Source: an uncultured delta proteobacterium (GTDB lineage: Bacteria > Myxococcota_A > Polyangia > Haliangiales > Haliangiaceae). From it: a stretch of DNA of 64,000 nt. Shown here one piece after another: positions 53,448 through 61,381 of this stretch. Every line of letters starts with the position of its first letter. The stretch's first letter is position 1. The notes under the pieces are model-generated. The model searched no databases. It was not told where the DNA came from and was given only the letters and a program-made list of their open reading frames with translations. A program made the position numbers and the translations under genes. The DNA lies in NCBI GenBank assembly GCA_963848295.1, contig CAWKDB010000010.1:2592001-2656000 (forward strand), written 5' to 3'.

Positions 53448-54677
53448 GTGGCTTCAGATCGTTCACGGCGGCACGGCGGTACCTTGGGACAGGGTTGGCC
53501 GCCGCTGACCTACGAGACTCTACCGTGGACCGCTCGATACGAGACCTACGCAACCTCACGCAGCGAGCGCAAGAAGCATCAGGGGCCGTACCAAGCCGCG
53601 ATTCCGCCCAAGATCCTAAACGCCAATCTCGAGCTTCCCGGGGGACCCGCAGCAAAGGTTGGAGAAGCATCCGCGGAGCTTGCTCGTTTCGACGAGCTCA
53701 TGGGCGGTGAGATTGCCCACTTCTCCGCAATCCTTCTGCGCAGCGAGTCAGCCGCCAGCTCGCGTATCGAGAACCTCACCGCATCCGCACGAGCGATCGC
53801 CGAGGCCGAGATCGGGACCTCACATCGAAAGAATGCAGCTGAGATCGTGGCCAACACCCGCGCCATGATCGCCGCGTTGGACCTATCCGGACGTATCAGC
53901 AGCGCCTCGGTCCTCGCTATGCACCGCGCGCTGATGAGTGAAACCGATCCGATCAACGCGGGGCACTGGCGCACCGAGCAGGTGTGGATCGGCGGCGGGA
54001 ACTTGGGGCCTCACCTGGCGCTCTTCATTCCGCCTCATCACGATCGTGTCGCCGACGCGATCGCTGATCTCATGAAATTCATCGAGCGAGACGATCTGCC
54101 AGTGCTTGCACATGCCGCGCTGGCGCATGCCCAGTTCGAAACCATCCATCCCTTCACTGACGGCAACGGGAGAACAGGCCGCGCCTTGGTTCAAGCAATG
54201 CTTCGCCACGGACAACTCACCCGCAACGTGACTGTTCCGGTGTCGGCGGGCCTTCTCTCCGACACCAGAGCGTACTTCGACGCGCTGACCGCGTACCGTC
54301 TCGGAGATCCGATCCCCATCGTGGCCCGGTTTGCGGAGGCTGCTTTCAAGGCGGTGGCCAACGGTCGCGTACTAGTCGACGAGCTACGTCAGATCCGCCA
54401 ACGTTGGCGACAGCTCATCAAAGCGCGCAGCGACTCCGCGGTCTGGCGACTCGTCGACCTGCTCCTGCGCCGGCCCGTCGTGAACGCGCGTGTGGTCGCC
54501 GAGGAGCTCGGCCTGGACGCCGGTAACGTTCACCGCTACATCAAGCCGCTGTTCGACGCCGAGATCCTCGTGGAGTCTCTCGACGTCAAGCGCAACCAGG
54601 TGTGGCGCGCGGCAGGGCTCCTGGCCGCCCTCGACGCCTTCGCTGCACGAGCCGGCCGTCGCACACATGCGCTCTGA
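53448..54677 (+). CDS. Fic-family AMPylase (class II-like, N-terminal inhibitory motif)
   Basis: HPFTDGNGRTGR catalytic motif, SSRIEN (S/T)xxxE(G/N) motif, C-terminal HTH-like segment. Confidence 0.9.
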   Translation: MASDRSRRHGGTLGQGWPPLTYETLPWTARYETYATSRSERKKHQGPYQAAIPPKILNANLELPGGPAAKVGEASAELARFDELMGGEIAHFSAILLRSESAASSRIENLTASARAIAEAEIGTSHRKNAAEIVANTRAMIAALDLSGRISSASVLAMHRALMSETDPINAGHWRTEQVWIGGGNLGPHLALFIPPHHDRVADAIADLMKFIERDDLPVLAHAALAHAQFETIHPFTDGNGRTGRALVQAMLRHGQLTRNVTVPVSAGLLSDTRAYFDALTAYRLGDPIPIVARFAEAAFKAVANGRVLVDELRQIRQRWRQLIKARSDSAVWRLVDLLLRRPVVNARVVAEELGLDAGNVHRYIKPLFDAEILVESLDVKRNQVWRAAGLLAALDAFAARAGRRTHAL

Positions 54678-54684
54678 GCCAGGA

Positions 54685-54875
54685 AGTCAACGAGAGCGGC
54701 CGCGCGCGGCCAGGGCGGGGCCGGCGGGTCCCAAGCGCGCAACTTCCAAGCCGGTCATCATGCGTCGGCGTAGCAAAACGCGATGCACTGCCCGTGGTCC
54801 CGCACCGCCCACCGCGCGCCGCGCGCAGGGACCCGTCGAGCACCGCTCCAGCGCGCGCGGCCGCGAGCGCTAGAT
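54685..54875. other. Long imperfect hairpin (~190 nt), attC-like or structured intergenic element
   Basis: 13-bp IR 54696-54708/54852-54864; 8-bp IR 54725-54732/54828-54835; gcgcgc pair inside. Confidence 0.5.
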
Positions 54876-54878
54876 CCA

Positions 54879-55167
54879 GTCGGGTTGCCCCGGGTGTGAC
54901 CCGGGGCTCCCACAGATCCGGACGTGCCGATTTCCGGCATCCGGCTCTTCGTCCACGGGTTCGCTACGTCCGGTAGACGCTATGGACGACCTTGGGTGGC
55001 GGAAGCGGATATCGCTCCAGCACGCGCATGAATCGTGGCCACGGCATCGCACCGCGTCCTGTCCGTCGGTGCAGCCACTTCTGCCAGACATGCGTCACCT
55101 CGTAGAAGAAACGCGAGAGCACGTTGGCGTTTCCGGTGATGCCGTAATAGCCGTAGTGCCCGCGAAG
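54879..55167 (-). mobile_element. Group II intron 3' remnant: maturase C-terminus, domain V and domain VI
   Basis: Minus strand reads GAGCCGGATGCCGGAAATCGGCACGTCCGGATC (DV with AGC triad, ~54914-54948), then a DVI hairpin ending ...AACCCGAC at 54879. Upstream coding LRGHYGYYGITGN...WLHRR...PLPPPKVVH stops at 54964. Confidence 0.9.
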
Positions 55168-55473
55168 CAACGCTCGATCGAGTTCCTCGCGCTGGCACTG
55201 GAGATCATCGGCGAGCTTCCGAAGGGTCATGCCGAGCTTGCCGATCAGCTGGTCCGCGCCGCGCAGTCGCAACCTCGTAACATCGCCGAGGGTGCGGGTC
55301 GTCGCACGAACGTCGACCAGGCTCGCTTCTACACGCGCGCGCGCGGCTCCGCGATGGAGGCCGCAGCGGCTTTGGACACGATGCGAGTCATGAAGTTGGT
55401 CGGCGAGACGACCTACGCGCGCGGCATCGATCCACTTGAAGGCATCGTGGCGATGCTCACCAAGATGACCTGA
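55168..55473 (+). pseudogene. Four-helix-bundle protein (23S rRNA-IVP/Avd-like family), 5'-truncated
   Basis: QRSIEF...LADQLVRAAQS..RNIAEGAGR...RF...ARGSAMEAAAALD. The family N-terminus is replaced by antisense intron sequence; an in-frame GTG at 55156 is possible. Confidence 0.78.
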
Positions 55474-55477
55474 TCGG

Positions 55478-55507
55478 GTCGACGTCAATGTCGAGGTCAA
55501 GGTCAAC
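55478..55507. repeat. Five degenerate hexamer repeats GTCRAN
   Basis: gtcgac gtcaat gtcgag gtcaag gtcaac, right after the four-helix-bundle stop. Confidence 0.75.
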
Positions 55508-55531
55508 GCACTTATCTGAGCGGCATTGCCG

Positions 55532-58500
55532 CTAGATAGGCGACACGCCGATCGCGAGCGACAGGATCGCGGTGAGGCCCGGGTTGTAGAACGTATCGGT
55601 AGCCGGCGTGTCGATCGTCGAGCCGCTGGTGCCGCGGATCGTGAGGGTCAGCGCACTGAGCGCACCGAACTGATAGCTCGTGGTGAGCAGCGCGGTGCCG
55701 CGCGCCGCGACGGTGTCGGCTTCGAGCACGAGCGTGCTGCGCGCGAGCGGGCTGTAGGCGACGCTCGCGCTAAGCGAGAAGTCGTGGCCGTAGAAGTCCT
55801 GGCCGGGAAACTTCAGGAGATAGAAGATGTAGTTGAGCCGGGTCGTGAGCCGGCCGAGGTTGAGGCCGACCATGCCGCCGGGCGCACGCCGCGTGCCGCT
55901 GTACAGATCGCCGCCGCTGTAGTGGATGCCGTAGACGAACGTGCGATTCGGCGGGCATGTGAGATCGAACTGCGTGCCGAGCGGGTGATAGAGCCCCGGC
56001 TGCACCGTGATCCGGCTGCCGATCTGAAACGCGGTGAGGACGTTCTCGCTCGCCGGCTGGACTTGCACCGACACCAGCGAGCCTTCGATCGTCTGCAGCG
56101 ACGCGGCGATCACCGACCGGCGATAGACCAGCGTATCGTCGTCGCGCTCGCGCACGATCGACATCTGGCCCTCGAGGTAGACCTGTTCGACGAGATCGCT
56201 GCGCACGACCGGCGTGTAGCCGCCCGCGATCGTCTCGGCGCGAATGCCGGTCTGCGGGAAGTAGCCGAGCGGCGCGACGAACGCGTCGCCGATGTCGAGC
56301 AGCGTGCCCTTGACGTAGACGTCTTGGCTCTTCCAGCCGACCGTGCCTTCGCCCGCGGCGCTGGTCGCCGACGGTGCGCCCGTCGTCGGGCTGCCCTGCG
56401 AGCCGGCGTAGAATCCGGTGAGCTGGAGGTGGCGATCGAACGCGGAGAACTGACCGTCGACGCCGGCCGAGCCGTAGCCATCGGAGTCGCCCGCGCGGCC
56501 CAGGATGATCGCGCCGATGCGCTGGCCGGCGAACGATTCGGTGACCCGGCCGACCGTCGCGTTGTCGGACAAGATGACGCCGGGTTTCGGCTGCACGGTC
56601 TCGACGTTCATCAGTGCCGCCTCGGTGCCGCCATCGCGGAACACCGACTTCACGCCCCACAAGATCGGCACGATCTGGGTGAGGCCCTGCGCGTTCGTGA
56701 CCAGGCCGAGCTGGCGCGAATAGAACAGCTGCGCGCCGGGATCGCCGAAGAAGTAGCGCGTGCCGCCGAACGTGAACCGCGCGTTGTCCTCGGCGAAGAA
56801 CGGTCGCGCCTCGGGATACTCGATCTCGAACCGGTCGAAGTTCGCGAGCGCGGCGTCGGGATTGACCGCCGAGAAGTCCGGGTTGAACGTGGCGTCGAGC
56901 CGGAACGGCCCGGGTGGCCGCAGTCGCATGTAGACGCCGGCGTAGAGCCGCGCCTGGATGCCGCTGCCGGTGAAGTCGGTGAGCTGCGATTGCGGCGTCG
57001 CGGTCGAGTCGAACGCGGCGGCGCCGTACGGCAGCAACAGCAAGCGCTGGCCCGGATGAACGCTCGACAACCCTTCGACGTGGCCGAAGAAGTTGACGTC
57101 GTAGAGCTCGGTCGCAGGCGGATGTAGTGCCCACAGCAACGTATCGCCGCTGAGCGGCTCGTGACGCGCGAAGTTGATGCCGATGTCGAACGCGCCGTCG
57201 TGGCTCGGCATGTACATCGTGCCCCACGGGATCGAGAACTCGGCGGTCCAGCCGTCGGCGGTGAACGCGGTCGCGACGTCCCAGATGCCGTGCCAGTCGA
57301 GGTTCTGCGCCGAGCCTTGATCGCTGAGCTCGGCGTCGGCGCGCACGCCTGCCGGTGACACCGCGAATTGATAGGCGCCGGTGTGGCCGTGGATCGCATC
57401 GACGAGCACCGAGATGTTCTCGGACTCGGCGAGCAACGAGGTCTCGTCGCCGGCGTATTCGTCGTTCGGCGGGCGCGGCTTCGAGTAGCGGCAGTGCACG
57501 CCGACGTAGAGGTTCTTGTCGTCGTACGCGATCTGGATCGAGGTCGGCTGCTTCGCGATCTTGCCGTAGGGCTTGCTCTTCGTCGAAAAAAACCGATCGT
57601 CCTCGGGCGCGAGCTTCCACACCGGATCATCGAGCACGCCGTCGATCACCGGCGGGCGCTCGGCGCGGATCGCGGTGTAGTTCTTCGAGCCGTGCGGGAT
57701 GCTCCACGGGCCTTCTTCGACCGCGCCGTCGTCGCCGTCGTCGCCCTCGCCCTTGTCGGCGTTGCCCTTGTCGGCGTTGCCCTTGTCGGCGTTGCCCTTG
57801 TCGGCGTTGCCCTTGTCGGCGTTGCCCTTGTCGGCGTTGCCCTTGTCGGCTTGATCGGGTTTCAGCGCCGGCATCGGTCCCTCGGCGACCTTGACGACCT
57901 TCTCGACCGTCGCGAGCCGGTTGTCGTGGCTGTCGAGCAGCTCGAGCCGCAACGCGATCGTCGTGCCCGATTGCGCGACGTCACCGGGGATCGCGACCTC
58001 GACGTGCGCCGCCGCGGGTTCGACGGTGTCGAACGTCTTGCCCCCGGGCTCGGTCGCCGCGACCCGCACGAGCGAGACCAGGCCGGCTTGATCCTCGGCC
58101 ATCTCGGCGGTGACCTTGAACGTCTCGCCGGGCTTGACGTCGCCGGGCGCGCCGACGTCGAAGTGGTACGCACCGATCGCCTCCTGCTTCTTGCGCGCTT
58201 GATCGGCGATCTTCGCGGCGCGCGGGCCGGAGTGCGGCGGCACGACGAACTTCGGATCGATCAACGCCGCCTGCTCGAACGCGCGTTCGGCGCCCTCGGC
58301 CTTGCCGAGCACGACAAGCGTCACGCCGAGATCGACGTAGGCGGTGAGCGTCGCCGCGCGACTCAGGCCGCCGCGGGTCAGCGCGTTATCGAACAGCGCC
58401 TCGGCCTGCTTGTACTGGCCGGCTTCGAACGCCTGGATGCCGCGCGTCAGTGCATCGAGGCCGGGGATCTCGGCGCCCGCGCGCACGGCCAGTGCCACGA

Positions 58501-58537
58501 CCACGCAGAGGGAGAGCCCGAGAACCCGGCGAGCCAC
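55532..58537 (-). CDS. Secreted/outer-membrane protein: TPR-like N-terminus, CBM9-like domain and DUF5916-like beta-barrel region
   Basis: Signal peptide; TPR-like helices; PPVIDGVLDDPVW, YDDKNLYV, GWTAEFSIPW; DATFNPDFS, E.RPFF.E, LFYSRQLG. Confidence 0.75.
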   Translation of the reverse strand: MARRVLGLSLCVVVALAVRAGAEIPGLDALTRGIQAFEAGQYKQAEALFDNALTRGGLSRAATLTAYVDLGVTLVVLGKAEGAERAFEQAALIDPKFVVPPHSGPRAAKIADQARKKQEAIGAYHFDVGAPGDVKPGETFKVTAEMAEDQAGLVSLVRVAATEPGGKTFDTVEPAAAHVEVAIPGDVAQSGTTIALRLELLDSHDNRLATVEKVVKVAEGPMPALKPDQADKGNADKGNADKGNADKGNADKGNADKGNADKGEGDDGDDGAVEEGPWSIPHGSKNYTAIRAERPPVIDGVLDDPVWKLAPEDDRFFSTKSKPYGKIAKQPTSIQIAYDDKNLYVGVHCRYSKPRPPNDEYAGDETSLLAESENISVLVDAIHGHTGAYQFAVSPAGVRADAELSDQGSAQNLDWHGIWDVATAFTADGWTAEFSIPWGTMYMPSHDGAFDIGINFARHEPLSGDTLLWALHPPATELYDVNFFGHVEGLSSVHPGQRLLLLPYGAAAFDSTATPQSQLTDFTGSGIQARLYAGVYMRLRPPGPFRLDATFNPDFSAVNPDAALANFDRFEIEYPEARPFFAEDNARFTFGGTRYFFGDPGAQLFYSRQLGLVTNAQGLTQIVPILWGVKSVFRDGGTEAALMNVETVQPKPGVILSDNATVGRVTESFAGQRIGAIILGRAGDSDGYGSAGVDGQFSAFDRHLQLTGFYAGSQGSPTTGAPSATSAAGEGTVGWKSQDVYVKGTLLDIGDAFVAPLGYFPQTGIRAETIAGGYTPVVRSDLVEQVYLEGQMSIVRERDDDTLVYRRSVIAASLQTIEGSLVSVQVQPASENVLTAFQIGSRITVQPGLYHPLGTQFDLTCPPNRTFVYGIHYSGGDLYSGTRRAPGGMVGLNLGRLTTRLNYIFYLLKFPGQDFYGHDFSLSASVAYSPLARSTLVLEADTVAARGTALLTTSYQFGALSALTLTIRGTSGSTIDTPATDTFYNPGLTAILSLAIGVSPI
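57749..57850. repeat. 15-bp perfect tandem repeat (~6.8 copies) encoding ADKGN
   Basis: Unit gcccttgtcggcgtt x6 plus a partial copy. Confidence 0.95.
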
Positions 58538-58543
58538 GCTGCG

Positions 58544-59872
58544 CTAATTGTGCCCCATCGTCGCCCGGCACGTCTTCGTGTAGAGGTCGCGAAACACGTT
58601 GCGCGGGTCGGTGATCGCTTTGACCGCGTCGTAGTCCGGCTTGTTGAAGATCGACCAGAACTCGGCTTCGCCGTAGTAGTTGTGGGCGATCAGCGTCTTG
58701 ATCCCGCCGAGCTCGACGAGCTTCTGCTCGATCATGCGATGCACGTTGCGGTCGCCGTGCTGGCGCAGCCCGTAGATCGCGAGATCGAGGAACATGTCGT
58801 CGCGCAGCTGCTGCCAGTACGCCGGGCGCAGCCACTCGTAGTCGTGGACGCGGCGATACGGCACGCACCACAACGGGTAGAAGTTGATCTCGCGCTCGTA
58901 CCACTCCAGAAACGCCGGCACCTTCGAGACCGGCACGAATACGTCGAGCGTGACCGTCGGCCTCTTGTCGCTGAGCAACCAGTGCAGCTTGTCGCCGAGC
59001 CGCAGCCATCGCGACGACGACATCAGCTTGCCGAACAGCAGCCGACCGATGAACGACTTCGGGCGAACGTTCGTGACGCCGCGATCGTAGCGAAAGAAAT
59101 AGTCGGTGGTCGTCAGGTAGTCGTCGCGCCGGGTCCGCGTGCTCAGGTAGTAGACCTTCAGCCAGTCGTAGCGAGTCGTATAGGGCGCGGTCGCGACGAA
59201 CCGGCCGACGCTGAGCACGTAGCAGCTCGGCGAATGGATGATGCCGTCCATGAAGTCGACATCGCGGCGCTTCGCGTGCGCGGCGATCGCCGCTTGATAC
59301 GCGTCGAGCGTCGCGTGGGTCTCGTAGACGACATGGACGAACCGCTCGGCGGGGACGAGCTTGAATGTCAGCTTCGCGAGGATGCCGAGCGTGCCGAACG
59401 CGCCGTGCACCATCTGAAACACGAGGTGATGCTCGTTATCGGGCGTGCATACGAGCGTCTCACCGGTCGCGGTGATGACCTCGTACTCGAGGCAGGTGTC
59501 GTGAAAGCCGCCGTGGACGAACGACGTCGACTCGATCGAGCACCCCGCGACCGCGCCGCCGATCGTGATGGTCTTGAGCTCGGGCACGACGATCGGCACG
59601 AGGCCGTGGGCGAGCGTCGCGGCGACGAGGTCGACGAACGTCACACCCGATTCGGCGATGCAGACTCGGTTAGCCGCGTCGATCTCGAGGATCTCGGTCA
59701 GGTCCGAGATGTCGAGCTTCGCGTCTCGGCGGCGAAGGTCGGTCGCCTTCGGCACCTGGTGAGAAACCGATTTCTTGCGCAGCGATAGCGGTCGAGTCGG
59801 GTCGTGCGCGGCGAGCGCTCGTGCGATGCGCGCGACCTTGTCGGCGTGGCGGCGGTTGGTCGCGGCGTCCAT
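58544..59872 (-). CDS. FAD-binding (VAO/PCMH) oxidoreductase, Delta24-sterol-reductase/BfaA(TmsA)-like
   Basis: VVPELKTITIGGAVAGCSIESTSF, GAFGTLG, PLWCVP, YDAVK..DP...DLY.K. ATG at 59872 (MDAATN). Confidence 0.8.
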   Translation of the reverse strand: MDAATNRRHADKVARIARALAAHDPTRPLSLRKKSVSHQVPKATDLRRRDAKLDISDLTEILEIDAANRVCIAESGVTFVDLVAATLAHGLVPIVVPELKTITIGGAVAGCSIESTSFVHGGFHDTCLEYEVITATGETLVCTPDNEHHLVFQMVHGAFGTLGILAKLTFKLVPAERFVHVVYETHATLDAYQAAIAAHAKRRDVDFMDGIIHSPSCYVLSVGRFVATAPYTTRYDWLKVYYLSTRTRRDDYLTTTDYFFRYDRGVTNVRPKSFIGRLLFGKLMSSSRWLRLGDKLHWLLSDKRPTVTLDVFVPVSKVPAFLEWYEREINFYPLWCVPYRRVHDYEWLRPAYWQQLRDDMFLDLAIYGLRQHGDRNVHRMIEQKLVELGGIKTLIAHNYYGEAEFWSIFNKPDYDAVKAITDPRNVFRDLYTKTCRATMGHN

Positions 59873-59993
59873 CGCCTCACGATGCCACGGTCGTCGGGTA
59901 CGCGTCAGGTAACCGACGCCTCGGTTATCGACGGGGATGCCGCGCTCGATGTGGTCTAGGCGCACGGCTGAAAACTCGGTACGAAGTCCTATC

Positions 59994-61070
59994 GTGCAAC
60001 GCAACAACGAACGATACGCGCTGGATCACGTCGTCGAGCTGCTCGCGCCGGGCTATCGCCATCGCGTCGCGATGCACGATGTCTCGCACAAGGGCATGTT
60101 CATCGCCGCGCCCGCGCCACTGCCGGTCGGTGCGCGGATGGCGATCGCGTTCGAGGACGACGGTGGTCGCGTGATCAGCGCGGCGCGGGTGACCCATTGC
60201 CTCGCCGACAACGACGCGCGCGAGCTCGCTCGCTCCCCCGGCATCGGCATCGCGTTCACCGACCCGAGCGAGCGGTTCTCGAACGCGGTCGACCGCCTCG
60301 TCAAGCGCGCGCGCACGCCGGCGACCACTCGGCTGCGCATCGTCGCGGGCGCAGCCGAGCCCCGCTTGCTCGAGCGACTGTCGACCGCGCTCGCCGCGCT
60401 CGGCTTCGACGTCGCGACCGCCGCGACCGGGACGGAGTTGCTCGCCGCGTGCGAGCGCCGCACCCCGAACGTCGTGCTCGTCGATCGCGCACTGCCGATG
60501 TTCGATGGCTTCCAGATCCTCGAGCGCATCGCGTGTCACGATCAGCTGTGCGCGGTGCCGGTGATCGTGATGTCGAGCGATCCTGCCGACCTCGCCCCTG
60601 CGTTCGAGCGCGGCGCCGCCGATTTCATCGCGAAGCCGTTCACGATCCCCGAGGTCACCGCGCGGACGAGCCGGGTCGCGCGACACGACGAGCCGGTCGC
60701 GATGTCGGGGAGCTTGACCCACCTCGGCCTGCCCGCGCTGCTCACGATGCTCGAGATGGAGCGGACGTCGGGCCGGCTCGTGCTCGCGAACGGTCACGCG
60801 GGTTGGATCGATCTGCACAACGGCCGCGTCGTCGGCGCCGGTTGGTCGCGCGGCGAAGGCAAGCCCGCCGACATCGCGATGGAGCTGCTCGATTGGCGCC
60901 ACGGCACGTTCAAGCTGTCGCCGTCGAGCACGGTCCGGAATTCGGACATGGCCCTCCCGATCACCGGCCTGCTCCTCGAGCGCGCGCGGCTGACCGACGA
61001 AGCCTCGCGACCGCATCTGCGGCCGAAGAAGCCGACGACGGTCCCGCCACCGCGTCTTGTCGTCGGGTAG
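59994..61070 (+). CDS. PilZ-REC-DUF4388 signalling protein
   Basis: R...R and DVSHKGMFI (PilZ); VLVDRALP...FIAKPF (REC); MSGSLTHLGLPALLTMLEMERTSGRL...W..GTF (DUF4388). Start is uncertain. Confidence 0.8.
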   Translation: MQRNNERYALDHVVELLAPGYRHRVAMHDVSHKGMFIAAPAPLPVGARMAIAFEDDGGRVISAARVTHCLADNDARELARSPGIGIAFTDPSERFSNAVDRLVKRARTPATTRLRIVAGAAEPRLLERLSTALAALGFDVATAATGTELLAACERRTPNVVLVDRALPMFDGFQILERIACHDQLCAVPVIVMSSDPADLAPAFERGAADFIAKPFTIPEVTARTSRVARHDEPVAMSGSLTHLGLPALLTMLEMERTSGRLVLANGHAGWIDLHNGRVVGAGWSRGEGKPADIAMELLDWRHGTFKLSPSSTVRNSDMALPITGLLLERARLTDEASRPHLRPKKPTTVPPPRLVVG

Positions 61071-61338
61071 CGCGACCGGCGTGTTAGAGCTGACCTCGGG
61101 CTTACCCGCCGACATCGGGCGCTGGGTGTGCATCGAGTGGCTCGTCACGCCGGGCTCGATGACGATGTGGATCGACGACGCGATCGTCAGCGGCCTCGAC
61201 GACGTCGCGTGGACCACGCCGGCGTCGGCGAACCGGGTGTCGCTCGGGCTGCAGTATACAAGCGGCGATGCGGCGCCGATCGATCTGTGGCTCGACGAGG
61301 TGATCGTCGATTCCGCCCCGATCGGCTGCACGAAGTAG
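61071..61338 (+). pseudogene. Orphan C-terminal fragment of a ConA/lectin-like (Cip1-like) secreted protein
   Basis: GRWVCIEW...LWLDEVIVDSAPIGC ending; no signal peptide or plausible N-terminus. Confidence 0.45.
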
Positions 61339-61381
61339 GCTATCGCACCCGCCGCTAGGTGCTCCCGCACGATCTGCTACG

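Noticed and set aside
54879..55507. Diversity-generating retroelement (Avd-like gene next to an RT-related fragment)
   Set aside because: The RT-related piece is a group II maturase tail followed by DV/DVI. There is no RT core, and I saw no TR/VR pair differing at adenines.
50970..55531. Integron cassette array
   Set aside because: Only one degenerate attC-like hairpin, mixed gene orientations and no IntI.
51000..55537. tgccgctcgat / tgccgctagat as island att direct repeats
   Set aside because: Only 10/11 nt in GC-rich DNA, with no integrase or tRNA; compatible with chance.
57749..57850. CRISPR array
   Set aside because: Contiguous 15-bp coding repeats without spacers; no cas genes.
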